A DNA stretch of 64,000 nt. Origin: Anaerolineales bacterium. Its GTDB lineage: Bacteria; Chloroflexota; Anaerolineae; Anaerolineales; E44-bin32. Where the stretch lies: assembly GCA_034417075.1 (NCBI GenBank), contig DAOULU010000037.1, positions 41,915 to 105,914 of the forward strand, in the 5' to 3' direction. Below, in pieces: positions 17,739-30,068 of the stretch. The notes under the pieces were generated by a model. That model did not search any database, was not told the DNA's origin, and saw only the letters and a program-made list of their open reading frames with translations. Position numbers and translations under genes: made by a program. Numbering within the stretch: the stretch's first letter is position 1; the number at the start of each line of letters is the position of its first letter.

Positions 17739-19499
17739 ATGTCGAGGAGAAAGATGGTGAATAGATTGCACCTTTCAGAAAAGGCGAACCGGCGGATAGT
17801 GGCGCTGTTTTCCATTTTATTTCTCTTGCTTCTCCTTTGGATTGCTCGCTATTGGAATTTCAAGAAATTCGGATTGTACGAGGATGATTTGACCATCATT
17901 CCCAAAGTCATGGGAATGAACGGCAGTCAATATTTCAATTTGTTAGTCGAACACTTGTCGATGCTCTACCCGCATGGGAGACCTTTGTCGAATAGTTTTG
18001 AATACACTTTTACGTTTCTCGGCGGTGGGAAGGACTTCATCGATCTGTACTTGATGGGATTTGCCATTGTATCCATCAATATATGCTTGTTCTACTGGCT
18101 CCTGAAACGGCTTTTCAACCAAAGCTTTGCCTTGATTGGCGGGATCGCCTTCGTGCTGTTTTCGGCTGACACAACCCAGGCTTTTCTCACACATTCCCAT
18201 CAGATTCATCCGTCTTTGATGTTTCTAATGCTCGGTTTTCACAGCTATCTTTCAGGCAAACGTATACTGATGTACATTTTCAGCGTGCTGGTATTGCTTA
18301 CCTACGAGACCCCATTTTTCATGTTCCTTGTTGCTCCGTTACTTAAGATGCAGTGGGATAAAAAGCTGCTGAAAGAGTTTTCGATAAATGCGGCGATTCT
18401 CGTCCTGATCATTGGCGGTATGTATGTGTTTAGATCGCAAGTTGGAGATTTTCGCAGCGTTGAAACGAGTTTCCAAAATCTTGTGGTCACGCCGATCTTG
18501 CATATGATCGAAGGTCCTGCCGTAGCGTTGGGTACATATTTTTACCGTCCCGTGCAGGCGGTATTTAATATGAATTTGGAGATAATCGTCGCTATCATTG
18601 TGGGATTTATATTGATATTCATGGTCGTCGATCGTACGGCACCCGAAGGCTGGAAGGGGGTTCAGAGTCTCATATCTTCGATTCGAAAAAAAGGTTTTCC
18701 TTCCTTAAGATATTTACTTGGCGAGAGGCGTTTTCCCTACGAGCTTCCGGGCGACCTTCAAAAATTGGCCAAATTGTTTCTAATCGGTGCAGCGCTGCTC
18801 GTTCTTGCATATCCGTTGACGTTTACCATTCGCGCCTATGCAATAAGCGGGAGGGATACACGAGTACACATCGCTGCAGTGATCGGCGCCGCCATGGTTT
18901 GGGCATGCATTGGTTGGCTGCTTCTTGCGCTCGCTGAGAGTTTTGGAAGACGGCGTATCGTAGTGACCTTGTTTTCGGTTTTATTTGCGTTCCTTGTAGG
19001 ATATGGATTTGTTATCCAAAAAGATTATATCGATGCTTGGAAATACCAACAGGAATTCTGGACCGAGTTAACCCAACTTACACCAGATGCCGGCGATGGA
19101 ACGGTCATTCTGATTGAGCCGACGGGGTTAAGAGACATGCGCCAAATTGGCGCCAACACGTGGAATTTACCCAGAGTATTGGACCAGATATTTATATATC
19201 CATCTGAGTGGGAGAATCCCCCCAGGGTGTATCGATTGATCCCTGATTGGCAGGAGAGAATCGTCAATGCCGAGGGACAATTTGTGGTCAACGCGGCGAC
19301 CGTCTTGTCTCCGGCGCCGCTTTATCGCGTTGTACCTTCAACCGACGTCATCTTCATCGAGACTTCTTCCGGGCACTTGCAGCGCAAGCAAGGACTATTG
19401 GTCCTGTCCGGTTCTTCTTACGATCTGTACCCTGCTTCATCCCCTTCAGAAACTTACGAGGAGAACATCCTCTACAATTTTCTCATCGAAAGCAATTAA
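17739..19499 (+). CDS. GT-C-like polytopic membrane protein (glycosyltransferase/polymerase)
   Basis: First-loop GLYEDD di-acidic motif, about 10 hydrophobic segments, extracytoplasmic C-terminal domain. Confidence 0.55.
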   Translation: MSRRKMVNRLHLSEKANRRIVALFSILFLLLLLWIARYWNFKKFGLYEDDLTIIPKVMGMNGSQYFNLLVEHLSMLYPHGRPLSNSFEYTFTFLGGGKDFIDLYLMGFAIVSINICLFYWLLKRLFNQSFALIGGIAFVLFSADTTQAFLTHSHQIHPSLMFLMLGFHSYLSGKRILMYIFSVLVLLTYETPFFMFLVAPLLKMQWDKKLLKEFSINAAILVLIIGGMYVFRSQVGDFRSVETSFQNLVVTPILHMIEGPAVALGTYFYRPVQAVFNMNLEIIVAIIVGFILIFMVVDRTAPEGWKGVQSLISSIRKKGFPSLRYLLGERRFPYELPGDLQKLAKLFLIGAALLVLAYPLTFTIRAYAISGRDTRVHIAAVIGAAMVWACIGWLLLALAESFGRRRIVVTLFSVLFAFLVGYGFVIQKDYIDAWKYQQEFWTELTQLTPDAGDGTVILIEPTGLRDMRQIGANTWNLPRVLDQIFIYPSEWENPPRVYRLIPDWQERIVNAEGQFVVNAATVLSPAPLYRVVPSTDVIFIETSSGHLQRKQGLLVLSGSSYDLYPASSPSETYEENILYNFLIESN

Positions 19500-19716
19500 T
19501 GATCGGTCAGGGCGATGAACGTTATTTCCTTCAGAAAGGATAATTCTTCGTCGAGGATGCTGTATTCAGCCAACAAATTTTCACCTTTACACACCGAGAG
19601 CCCTCTTGAGATACGGCGAATCGGCCAGGCTGCTGGGCATCAAGAACTTTGCTCGGCGGGCGAAACCTGCAAATACTGGGTAATCTGGTTTTTAGGATTG
19701 GAATGGTCATTCCATC

Positions 19717-20826
19717 ATGCTCGAGCCGGATAAACGTGTGAATAAAGAAGTACCTGCCGATGAAAACCTGGGAAATCCGCCCATGTCTTTGCAGCCATTG
19801 GCGGGAAAGCTGCGCATCTGGATCGGCTTTACGCTTAGTATCTTATTTCTGTATTTTGCTCTTCGAAAAGTGCCTTTATCTAGTCTTGCAGAATCGCTGG
19901 CGGATGCGGAATTTATATGGCTGGCGGCGGCGTTGGCAATTCAGATCCTCGCCCTGCTTCCCCGTGCAAAACGCTGGCTTGTGATCCTTGAACCCGAGGG
20001 CACTTTTGGGGAGGCATTTACCTCTCAAAATATAGGTTACCTATTCAACAACATCTTTCCCCTGAGAGTGGGTGAAATCGCACGTATCCTTGTGATGGCT
20101 AGAGTGTGCGGGATTCCCATCGTCAGAGTCGGAACCTCAGTCGTTCTTGAACGCGTGCTTGACGTAATCTTCGTTACTTTGGGTTTGATGATCGCACTAT
20201 CAGGAATCATGATCCCCGATGGATATCTATCGGGTGTAAGATTGCTGATCTGGCTGGTCGGCGTTGTCGTTTTGTTTTTGATTTTGTTTGTTCGCTTTTA
20301 TCCAAGATTGGATCGTCTCTTCCGTTCTCTTCTTTTGAAAATGCCCGGAAAGTTCACAGAACGGATACTGGTGTTCTGGTCGCAGGCACTGGATATTATC
20401 AAGCTTTTTTCGGACGTAAACCACACGTTACGCTTACTTGCCTGGTTTCTCGTTTCTTGGCTTTTAAGTATTGCTTTATATTGGTGTACGCTGCGTGCAT
20501 TTGTGCCCGATCCGACTATTCTCGAAGTAGTTTTAATGATAAGCATCTTGGCATTATCTTTTCTCATTCCTTCCAGTCCGGGCTATCTGGGTGTATTTCA
20601 ATTCGTCGGACAGCAGGCTCTCGTGATTCCCTTTGGATCGAAGTACAATCCGGTCACCGCTTTTGCGATCGCATTGACGGTTCATGCGACCTTCTATATA
20701 ACCACGTCATTGTTCGGCATTGTCGGCGTGGGGAGGATCGGTTTATCAATTGCGAATATCCGGAAGGAAGTTGAGGGAACTCCAATTCGGAGTGGGGACC
20801 ATGCTCGTTCTACGAGTGAAGATTGA
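19717..20826 (+). CDS. Lysylphosphatidylglycerol-synthase-TM / UPF0104 flippase-like protein
   Basis: GYLFNNIFPLRVGE, LERVLD, IPSSPGYLGVFQ family motifs. The true start may be downstream (e.g. MSLQP). Confidence 0.8.
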   Translation: MLEPDKRVNKEVPADENLGNPPMSLQPLAGKLRIWIGFTLSILFLYFALRKVPLSSLAESLADAEFIWLAAALAIQILALLPRAKRWLVILEPEGTFGEAFTSQNIGYLFNNIFPLRVGEIARILVMARVCGIPIVRVGTSVVLERVLDVIFVTLGLMIALSGIMIPDGYLSGVRLLIWLVGVVVLFLILFVRFYPRLDRLFRSLLLKMPGKFTERILVFWSQALDIIKLFSDVNHTLRLLAWFLVSWLLSIALYWCTLRAFVPDPTILEVVLMISILALSFLIPSSPGYLGVFQFVGQQALVIPFGSKYNPVTAFAIALTVHATFYITTSLFGIVGVGRIGLSIANIRKEVEGTPIRSGDHARSTSED

Positions 20827-20988
20827 ATCGAAATGATTGTGGAACCCTGTTTGACAATCGGCCTGATAGTGCGGTTTGGAAAGGTGTTAAGCAATTTGCC
20901 CAATCGGGTTAAGGTCTCCCGATAAAAAGACTCGTGGGGGCACGTTCAAGATGGCTGTTAAAAATATTTGTGGAGGCGAAAAAGAACC

Positions 20989-21822
20989 ATGCAAGCTGCA
21001 AAACCTGCCGTGACGATCGTCACGCCTTCGTATAATCAAGTCAATTATCTGGAGGATACGATCTGTTCTGTGCTCGATCAGGATTACCCCAATATCGAAT
21101 ACATCGTCATGGATGGCGGTTCGACGGACGGAAGCGTCGCGATCATCAAGAAGTATGCCGATCGCCTCGCTTATTGGGTATCAAAACCCGATGAGGGACA
21201 AACGGACGCCATCAACAATGGCTTCGCGCGGGCGACGGGGGAAATCATCACCTGGTTGAATTCGGATGATATCTATCGGCCGGGGGCGGTAGCGGAAGCG
21301 GTGGAATTTATGCAAGCCCACCCCGACATCGGTTTGGTCTATGGGGATGCGGATTACATCGATGAGAACGGTGAGATCATTGGTTGGTTCCCGTCTGCAG
21401 AGACGGATTACAAACGCCTGCGCCGAGGCTATGTTCATATCCCACAACAAGCCGCCTTCTTCCGCGCCAGCGTTTGGCGTATGGTGGGACCGCTCGATCC
21501 GAGTTTCTATTTCGCCATGGACTACGATCTTTGGGTACGCATCGCCAGTGTTTCTCCGATCCGTTACCACCCGCGCAAGTGGGCAGCTTTCCGCCTACAT
21601 GGTGATGCAAAATCACTGGCTTCTGCCGACCGCTGTTGGCCAGAGATGATCAAGGTGCACCGCAGATTTGGAGGCGGTTATTTATCCGTCATCTATTTTA
21701 AATATCTCCTGCGGCGAATTCTCGAACCGATCTTGCCGCTGCGTTTGAGGGTTCGGCTGTGGATGCAGAGTTGGGCATTGGATCGGAATTCAATCGGATC
21801 TTCAAATGCATCTTCGAATTAG
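20989..21822 (+). CDS. GT2 glycosyltransferase (paralog of 16668-17675)
   Basis: VTIVTPSYNQ, MDGGSTDGS, WLNSDD, HIPQQAAF, AMDYDLW. GGAGG upstream. Confidence 0.9.
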   Translation: MQAAKPAVTIVTPSYNQVNYLEDTICSVLDQDYPNIEYIVMDGGSTDGSVAIIKKYADRLAYWVSKPDEGQTDAINNGFARATGEIITWLNSDDIYRPGAVAEAVEFMQAHPDIGLVYGDADYIDENGEIIGWFPSAETDYKRLRRGYVHIPQQAAFFRASVWRMVGPLDPSFYFAMDYDLWVRIASVSPIRYHPRKWAAFRLHGDAKSLASADRCWPEMIKVHRRFGGGYLSVIYFKYLLRRILEPILPLRLRVRLWMQSWALDRNSIGSSNASSN

Positions 21823-21959
21823 TCTTTTCTGGGATCGGAATATCGTTTTGAAATTGCTTCGCTAATGTTTGAGTGACCGTAATCCATATCGGCTGATTTA
21901 TATAACGAACTTAATTCGAATCTTCCGCAAATAGAATTTGGCAAATCGGGAGCATAGTA

Positions 21960-23540
21960 GTGACAATAACAATTTGGCGGTCCAGAATCGAACAGGCAAT
22001 GAACAAACTAATATTGCCTCCTTGGACTGAATTGACCACGTTTGGTGTCATCGGCATTGTTTATCTTTCCAACGTACTGCGAAATGCTCAACCGATGGGT
22101 TATGCTGGTCTATATTCACTGATGACTGAGACCCTTGGGGGGCGGTGGATACCGATGCCGGATTTCGTCCCGTACTACGGATCGGGAGGTCTGCCCTTTG
22201 CATATCCGCCGGTAGGATTTTATATCGCCGATCTGTTTACAGGAGTTTTACGGATTCCTATCTTTACTTACTTGCGTTGGGCACCACCAATTTATACGTT
22301 GGTGGCCATCGTCTGTGCCTATTGGTTTTTTCAAAATCTCACGCATGATCGCTTCAAGGCTCTGATCGCGGCCTTTATAATCTCTATGGCCGAGACAATT
22401 TATGTCGATCATGCCACAGCCGCCGGGATGGTGAGGGCACTCGCATCGGTTTTTGCCTTGTGTGGCGCCACTTTCTCCCTACGTGCTTATCGTTCACGAG
22501 AACAATGGTTGAAATGGGGTCTGATTGCTGCCGTATTCCTTGCGTTGACGACAATGTCCCATCTCTCATACATGGTCTTCCTGGTGTTAGGAATTTTCCT
22601 GATGGCCTTTCTGGCTGATGGCTGGCATCTAGAGCGGTACCGCGTGCAAGCGCTTGCAGCAATCCTGGTCGGGGGATTTATCTTTGCTTCGCCTTGGTGG
22701 CTTACGATTGGTTTACGCTACGGCTTTCAGACTTTTCGTAACGCCAGCGAAACTCACGGTACATTCGGCATATTCATACGAGCAAATGGCAGCTTTCTGG
22801 GGGTTCTAAATGAGCTCTTTGTTTGGTACAAATCTCTTGGCCAATCATGGTGGCCATCTTTCTTCGTGAACGTGGCGGTGATGGCGTTTGCATATTCATG
22901 TCTAAAACGGAATTGGCTCTTGCCGACTTGGCTGATAGCTGTTATTTTCGCCATGGGTGAGTCTGAGCGATTCCAAATCATTATTGTGAGTATATTGATC
23001 GCCATATTAATAATAGACATCATTCGAAAAGCTTTTATCGAGGAAGATAATATAAGCTCTCTGAGCAGGATGGTAGCCACGGCTGTATTTCTCGTCCTTG
23101 TCGTTGGCCCATTTATGAAACAAGGTTTATCCGCAATTAAACGGATGCGCAGTTCGCTTTCGGAGGATTTATTAGCAATGACATCCTGGATTCAAAATAA
23201 CACAACCGAGGATGCATACTATCTATATCTTGGTGACGAACACGATACGCAAGAATGGCTTCCTTATCTCAGTCGACGTACTCCCCTTGTTTCTCCTTGG
23301 GGAACAGAATGGACGGGTGATTATTTGACACAGGGGGAATGGATGGAAGAGGTACGAGCCTGTGTGGCGCGACAATCCTCGCAATGCGTGTTGGACTTTC
23401 TTGAAGGATCCGGAGTAAGGACGGATCTCCTCATTATAAGAAGAGAAGATGTAAGTTTGACACAACAGTTTTCTGAACTCCCGTTGTGGGAAGTCGTCTA
23501 CAAAAATGAGGAGTATGTACTCCTCGGTCCAGAATTATGA
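21960..23540 (+). CDS. GT-C-like polytopic membrane glycosyltransferase
   Basis: PMGYAGLY, LPFAYPP, multiple TM helices, C-terminal soluble domain (EWLPYLS...WGTEW). Confidence 0.6.
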   Translation: MTITIWRSRIEQAMNKLILPPWTELTTFGVIGIVYLSNVLRNAQPMGYAGLYSLMTETLGGRWIPMPDFVPYYGSGGLPFAYPPVGFYIADLFTGVLRIPIFTYLRWAPPIYTLVAIVCAYWFFQNLTHDRFKALIAAFIISMAETIYVDHATAAGMVRALASVFALCGATFSLRAYRSREQWLKWGLIAAVFLALTTMSHLSYMVFLVLGIFLMAFLADGWHLERYRVQALAAILVGGFIFASPWWLTIGLRYGFQTFRNASETHGTFGIFIRANGSFLGVLNELFVWYKSLGQSWWPSFFVNVAVMAFAYSCLKRNWLLPTWLIAVIFAMGESERFQIIIVSILIAILIIDIIRKAFIEEDNISSLSRMVATAVFLVLVVGPFMKQGLSAIKRMRSSLSEDLLAMTSWIQNNTTEDAYYLYLGDEHDTQEWLPYLSRRTPLVSPWGTEWTGDYLTQGEWMEEVRACVARQSSQCVLDFLEGSGVRTDLLIIRREDVSLTQQFSELPLWEVVYKNEEYVLLGPEL

Positions 23541-23665
23541 AAAGGAATTTGATACTCGCTTCGGTCGTTTTCTCTTAAACGGATTCTTTATTTCTCATGG
23601 CCAACTTGGATGAAAAACAGTTTCATGAGGTTTATTCTTCGTCAATGGATGGGACAACTTCGAAG

Positions 23666-23716
23666 GCGGGGAAAGTGCTGCTCATCCTTCGCCGCGGCTT
23701 TCCCCCGCTTTCATTT
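23666..23716 (+). terminator. Candidate intrinsic terminator
   Basis: GCGGGGAAAG...CTTTCCCCCGC stem (one bulge) followed by TTTCATTT, about 125 nt after the 23540 stop. Confidence 0.4.
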
Positions 23717-23885
23717 CGGGAATCTCGGCACAGGTATTGTGATTTTTAAAATTCCCAGATGGATCCACCATCCAGGAAGAAGCAGTGAGTTTTATAACAT
23801 CATATAATTGACAACCGAAATTCTTATCCGATATGATATTTCCGGCAACATTTGATCGTTTCATTTTTTATTTTTCTTACAGAAT

Positions 23886-25520
23886 GTGGATTGGATCATG
23901 AGAATTCCCGCATTTTTTCAAATTTCACACGGCATTCGTAATTCCCTTCAACGTAACTCTGAAGTCATCTTTAATCTTCTACTTATCAGTACGGCCGCTT
24001 TCTGTGTGCTTGTCCAAATCGAAGTCACTCGCAGGCATGGGATCGGTTTGGGGAACGATTCTGTCGTCTACATCGCTGGTGCTCGAAATTGGCTGCGAGG
24101 CAACGGGTTGAGCTGGATTTCGAGTGGGGGTGAAGTGAAACCCATCACCATGTTTCCGCCGTTGTTTTCATTGCTTCTGGCAGGTTTACGTGTCTGTAAT
24201 GTCGATTTCGTTGAAGGCGCCCGCTTTATAAACATCTTCGCCTACGGCATTAACGTGGGTCTCGTCGGTCTATTTTTTTATCGAATATCGAATATCGAAA
24301 TACTTTCCTTATTGGGCGCATTCTTGTTCGCCTGTTCTCCGGGAATCGTATACCTGCACTCCTGGGGAATGACCGACGGTCTTTACCTCACCTTGAGTTT
24401 GGTAGCGATCTACTTCTCGATACTCTACGTACGAGAAGGTCGCATTCTCTGGTTGATTGCATCGGCGCTGTCTGTGAGCCTGGCTTGTTTGTTGAGGTAT
24501 GTAGGGGTTAGCCTGTATATCACGCTTGTTGTGGTCTTGTCTTTAGAAATGCTGAGAAAGAAATCCCGTGAAATCAGGAATTTGGCGATATTCACAGCAA
24601 TATCGCTCGCGCCGATTGGCTACATTTTCTATCGGAATTATCTGCTGACGAGCGCTGTCAATACCTACCGTTTCTCCGCCGAGGTACGGAACATAAAGCT
24701 TCTTGAAGATACGATCGTCACGATGTCGGACTGGTTTCTACCGGGCAGCATCGTTGAAGTTTTCAGATCCCACGTTGCACTTCTCGGCATACTTTTTTTT
24801 ATCTCTCTTCTTGTTCTCCTCGGGGGAGCGATCGTATTGATGTGGCGAATTTCGGATATTGACCGGAAGGCGAATTTTCCCAACCATTATTGGGCGATTG
24901 GGATGTTGTATTTTTGTGTCTACTTTGGAGTGATCTATCTTTCAATCACGAGAACGTTAAGCCCTCCCAACATGGGAGAAAGGATCCTTGCCCCTGCCTA
25001 CCTATCACTTCTTCTCATATTCTTTGGCTTTGCGACCTTCTTTTGGAATAAGAGGTCCTGGGTGCTGCACATAGGGCTTGTGCTCGTAATCATCCTCTTC
25101 ATCCGACAGAAATTTGCCTGGGCTAAGGGCTACCTCACGCAGGCCAGGTTCAATGGCTTGGGATATGCCAGTTTGGCGTGGAAATCTTCGGAGACGATTC
25201 AAGCTCTCCGTGAAATGGATACCGATATCATTTACACCGACAATGTTGCCGCCGTGTACATCCTGGCCGATAGGCGTGCGTACAATATTCCCCTGGAATT
25301 CAAGATACAAACTGCTGAGATCGATTTTACCGGTGAAACACCGCAAGAATTCAGGATGCGGATGGAGTCGGAAGACGCGGTTCTGGTTCTCGTTGGCGGA
25401 ATTTCAGGAATGCCCGGCGGCTATGGGAATGACGACATCAGCGAAGGGCTGACGCAGATCGCGAAATATAACGATGGGTTAATTTACGCCCATCCATCAC
25501 ACGTCCTCATTCAACCTTGA
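23886..25520 (+). CDS. GT-C-like (ArnT/PMT-type) membrane glycosyltransferase, paralog of the ORF at 1-1274
   Basis: GNDSVVY, TMFPPLFS, MTDGLY, LRYVG, GERILAP, WKSSETI motifs. Confidence 0.65.
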   Translation: MDWIMRIPAFFQISHGIRNSLQRNSEVIFNLLLISTAAFCVLVQIEVTRRHGIGLGNDSVVYIAGARNWLRGNGLSWISSGGEVKPITMFPPLFSLLLAGLRVCNVDFVEGARFINIFAYGINVGLVGLFFYRISNIEILSLLGAFLFACSPGIVYLHSWGMTDGLYLTLSLVAIYFSILYVREGRILWLIASALSVSLACLLRYVGVSLYITLVVVLSLEMLRKKSREIRNLAIFTAISLAPIGYIFYRNYLLTSAVNTYRFSAEVRNIKLLEDTIVTMSDWFLPGSIVEVFRSHVALLGILFFISLLVLLGGAIVLMWRISDIDRKANFPNHYWAIGMLYFCVYFGVIYLSITRTLSPPNMGERILAPAYLSLLLIFFGFATFFWNKRSWVLHIGLVLVIILFIRQKFAWAKGYLTQARFNGLGYASLAWKSSETIQALREMDTDIIYTDNVAAVYILADRRAYNIPLEFKIQTAEIDFTGETPQEFRMRMESEDAVLVLVGGISGMPGGYGNDDISEGLTQIAKYNDGLIYAHPSHVLIQP

Positions 25521-25915
25521 TCCACAGAAGGAACTTCACTCATTACCCAGATAGTAACTCCCACATTTCATCGTTCAAGACGAATCATAAACGGGCTTAT
25601 CATCTGGGATCGGCTGCTTTTGTACATTTGGCTCCCCTTTAATCTCTCATGGGCAGGAGTGCTGTAAGCCTCGCTTCAGCTGCAAGTGCAAAATGCTCTA
25701 TATCCGAATAGGTATACGCATTTATCGTTGTCCGTGTAGATAGTTGCGACAAATCTTATATGCTGAGAGGGCGATGGCAGGGAGAATTCTCCCGTGTGGT
25801 TGCATGTGTTACAATCCACCGTCGCGGCTGATTTTTGTCGAAATGCCCCAAGGCGAAGAAAACGTGCATTTCGAGGGAAAGAGTCCGATAATAACAACGA
25901 TAGACTGAGGTATGA

Positions 25916-27661
<1,746 letters not shown>

Positions 27662-27704
27662 AAAGCGTAATCGATCGCAGTGCGTTCGTGGATAAGAACA
27701 CAAA

Positions 27705-28814
27705 ATGTCTGCGCGAGAAATGCGAACGATGAAGAACGTCCTGGTTACAGGGGGCGCGGGATTTATCGGTTCGAATTTTGTCCGTTACTTGCTGCGTGAA
27801 GAGCCAGCTTTGAAGATCGTCAATCTCGATAAGCTCACCTATGCCGGCAGCCGGGTAAATTTACTGCACCTGAGCGATTCCCAGCGCCATCATTTCGTAC
27901 AGGGCGACATCTGCGATCAAACCTTCGTGGAAGACCTGCTGCGTGCGCACGAGATCGATACGATCGTTCACTTCGCAGCAGAATCCCACGTGGACCGTTC
28001 GATCATCGGCCCGGCAACGTTCATCCAGACGAACGTCGTCGGGACGTTTTCGCTTTTGGAAGCGGCCAGAAAAGTCTGGATCGATGAAAAGGCGCTTCCC
28101 TTGGACGCGGCTCGCTTTCACCACATTTCTACTGACGAAGTCTACGGCTCGCTCGGTCCGCGGGACGCGGCTTTCTCCGAAACAACCGCCTTTGCGCCGA
28201 ACTCGCCCTACGCGGCATCGAAGGCGGCCAGCGACCATTTGGTCCGCGCCTATACGCACACCTACGGTCTGCCGATCACGATTTCGAACTGTTCCAACAA
28301 TTACGGTCCCTACCAATTCCCCGAAAAATTGATTCCATTGACGATTTCCAACGCTTTGTCCGGAAAGCCGCTTCCGCTCTATGGGGATGGCAAGCAAATT
28401 CGCGACTGGTTGTACGTCGAGGATCACTGCGAGGCGCTCTCACTGATCCTGCGCAGCGGCCATCTGGGAGAGACGTATAATATCGGTGGCGACAACCAGC
28501 CGACCAATCTCGAGGTCGTTCGCCAATTGTGCGCGATTCTCGATGACCTGGCACCGGATACGGGTACTGTCCCGCACGATTCCCTGATTGCATTCGTCGC
28601 CGATCGTCCGGGGCACGACCGGCGTTATGCCATGAATATACAGAAGATGCAAACCGAACTAGGTTGGGAACCGAGTCGGGATCTAGAAAGTGGTTTGCGC
28701 CAGACGGTTGCCTGGTACCTGGCAAACCTGGATTGGGTTGAAGCCATCCGCAGTGGTGCGGATTATCAACGTTGGATCGAAGAGAATTACGATCGGCGAG
28801 GGGATGCAAAGTGA
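27705..28814 (+). CDS. rfbB: dTDP-glucose 4,6-dehydratase
   Basis: [59 protein letters not shown]. The start may be at 27729. Confidence 0.95.
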   Translation: MSAREMRTMKNVLVTGGAGFIGSNFVRYLLREEPALKIVNLDKLTYAGSRVNLLHLSDSQRHHFVQGDICDQTFVEDLLRAHEIDTIVHFAAESHVDRSIIGPATFIQTNVVGTFSLLEAARKVWIDEKALPLDAARFHHISTDEVYGSLGPRDAAFSETTAFAPNSPYAASKAASDHLVRAYTHTYGLPITISNCSNNYGPYQFPEKLIPLTISNALSGKPLPLYGDGKQIRDWLYVEDHCEALSLILRSGHLGETYNIGGDNQPTNLEVVRQLCAILDDLAPDTGTVPHDSLIAFVADRPGHDRRYAMNIQKMQTELGWEPSRDLESGLRQTVAWYLANLDWVEAIRSGADYQRWIEENYDRRGDAK

Positions 28815-29686
28815 AAGGTATCATCCTGGCTGGTGGACACGGAACACGACTGCACCCGATCACGATCAGTACCAGCAAGCAGTTGCTGCCGGTGTACAAC
28901 AAGCCGATGATCTATTACCCACTTTCGATGTTGATGTTGGCCGGGATTCGAGAAATTCTCGTGATCACTTTGCCAGATCAGCAGCGACGGTTTCGGGAAT
29001 TATTGGGAGATGGAAGCAGGTGGGGTCTTGATTTTTCGTATGCTACACAAGCGGAGCCGCGAGGTCTGGGAGATGCATTTCTTGTAGGAAGTGAATTTAT
29101 CACAGGTCAGAAAGTGTGCCTGATTTTAGGAGATAATATCTTCTTTGGGCATAATTTATCCAGGACCCTGCGTCGTGCAGCGGCGCTTGATTCCGGTGCC
29201 GTGATTTTCGCCTGCGAAGTGCGTAATGCGCAGCAATATGGTGTGGTTGAATTTAACAAGCAGGGATTTGCGACGAGTATCGAGGAAAAGCCGGAGAAAC
29301 CGCGCAGCAGGTATGCTGTTCCCGGCATGTATTTTTACGATGAACGTGTGCTAGAATTTGCTTCGCAGTTGGAACCATCTTCACGTGGGGAACTCGAGAT
29401 CACGGACTTGAATCGGAAGTACATGGAAATGGATGAACTGCGCGTGGAGGTATTGGGACGTGGAGTAGTCTGGCTGGATGCAGGGACGCACGCTTCCCTT
29501 CTGCAGGCGGCCACCTTCGTGCAGACGCTGGAGGAGCGGCAGGGAAAGCTGATCTCCTGCCCGGAAGAAATTGCTTACAGGATGGGATTCATCGATCGGG
29601 AACAGCTGAGTGTATTGGCGGAAGCGATGTCGCAGAATGCATACGGGAAGTACCTGCTTCAATTGGCGGATCAAAGGAGCGAGTGA
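28811..29686 (+). CDS. rfbA: Glucose-1-phosphate thymidylyltransferase
   Basis: [50 protein letters not shown] start overlaps the rfbB stop. Confidence 0.95.
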   Translation: MKGIILAGGHGTRLHPITISTSKQLLPVYNKPMIYYPLSMLMLAGIREILVITLPDQQRRFRELLGDGSRWGLDFSYATQAEPRGLGDAFLVGSEFITGQKVCLILGDNIFFGHNLSRTLRRAAALDSGAVIFACEVRNAQQYGVVEFNKQGFATSIEEKPEKPRSRYAVPGMYFYDERVLEFASQLEPSSRGELEITDLNRKYMEMDELRVEVLGRGVVWLDAGTHASLLQAATFVQTLEERQGKLISCPEEIAYRMGFIDREQLSVLAEAMSQNAYGKYLLQLADQRSE

Positions 29687-29846
29687 ATCGTTGATACGAA
29701 ACTTTCCGTCCAGTATAAGTGGACGAATAGGTTGTGATCTTCATTGAATACTGGTAAGACCTGGATAAGCGATAATTTATCTACTCGAAGATAATGTCAT
29801 GGATAACGAGTAAATGAAAAATCTTTACTGAAACAGTCCCCAACCT

Positions 29847-29865
29847 AATTGTGAACGCCACAATT
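29847..29865. repeat. Palindrome AATTGTG-N5-CACAATT (candidate operator)
   Basis: Perfect 7-bp inverted repeat in the rfbA-wzm intergenic region. Confidence 0.4.
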
Positions 29866-30068
29866 GTTTAAAAAAATACGAAAAGGGCGTTTCCAAGTAC
29901 GGGACCGCAATGTGTGATATATACGGAGTGACAGACCCTCTTGTGGAAGATGCAATTAATTTAAATATCGGGCCTATTCATTACTTCACTGACTACGTTT
30001 TCGATGGTACTACAATATTCGATTTTAATTATTCACTTGGAAACTCACAGCATAAAATAGGTGCTTAG

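Noticed and set aside
21284-21296. ops/JUMPstart-like GGCGGTAGCG
   Set aside because: Lies inside the GT2 coding sequence, not in a leader, and no RfaH/NusG paralog is in the window.
25546-25608. Imperfect inverted repeat CCCAGATAGTAA / TTATCATCTGGG upstream of sat/cysC
   Set aside because: Two mismatches in 12 bp with a 39-nt gap; could be chance; no riboswitch consensus recognised.
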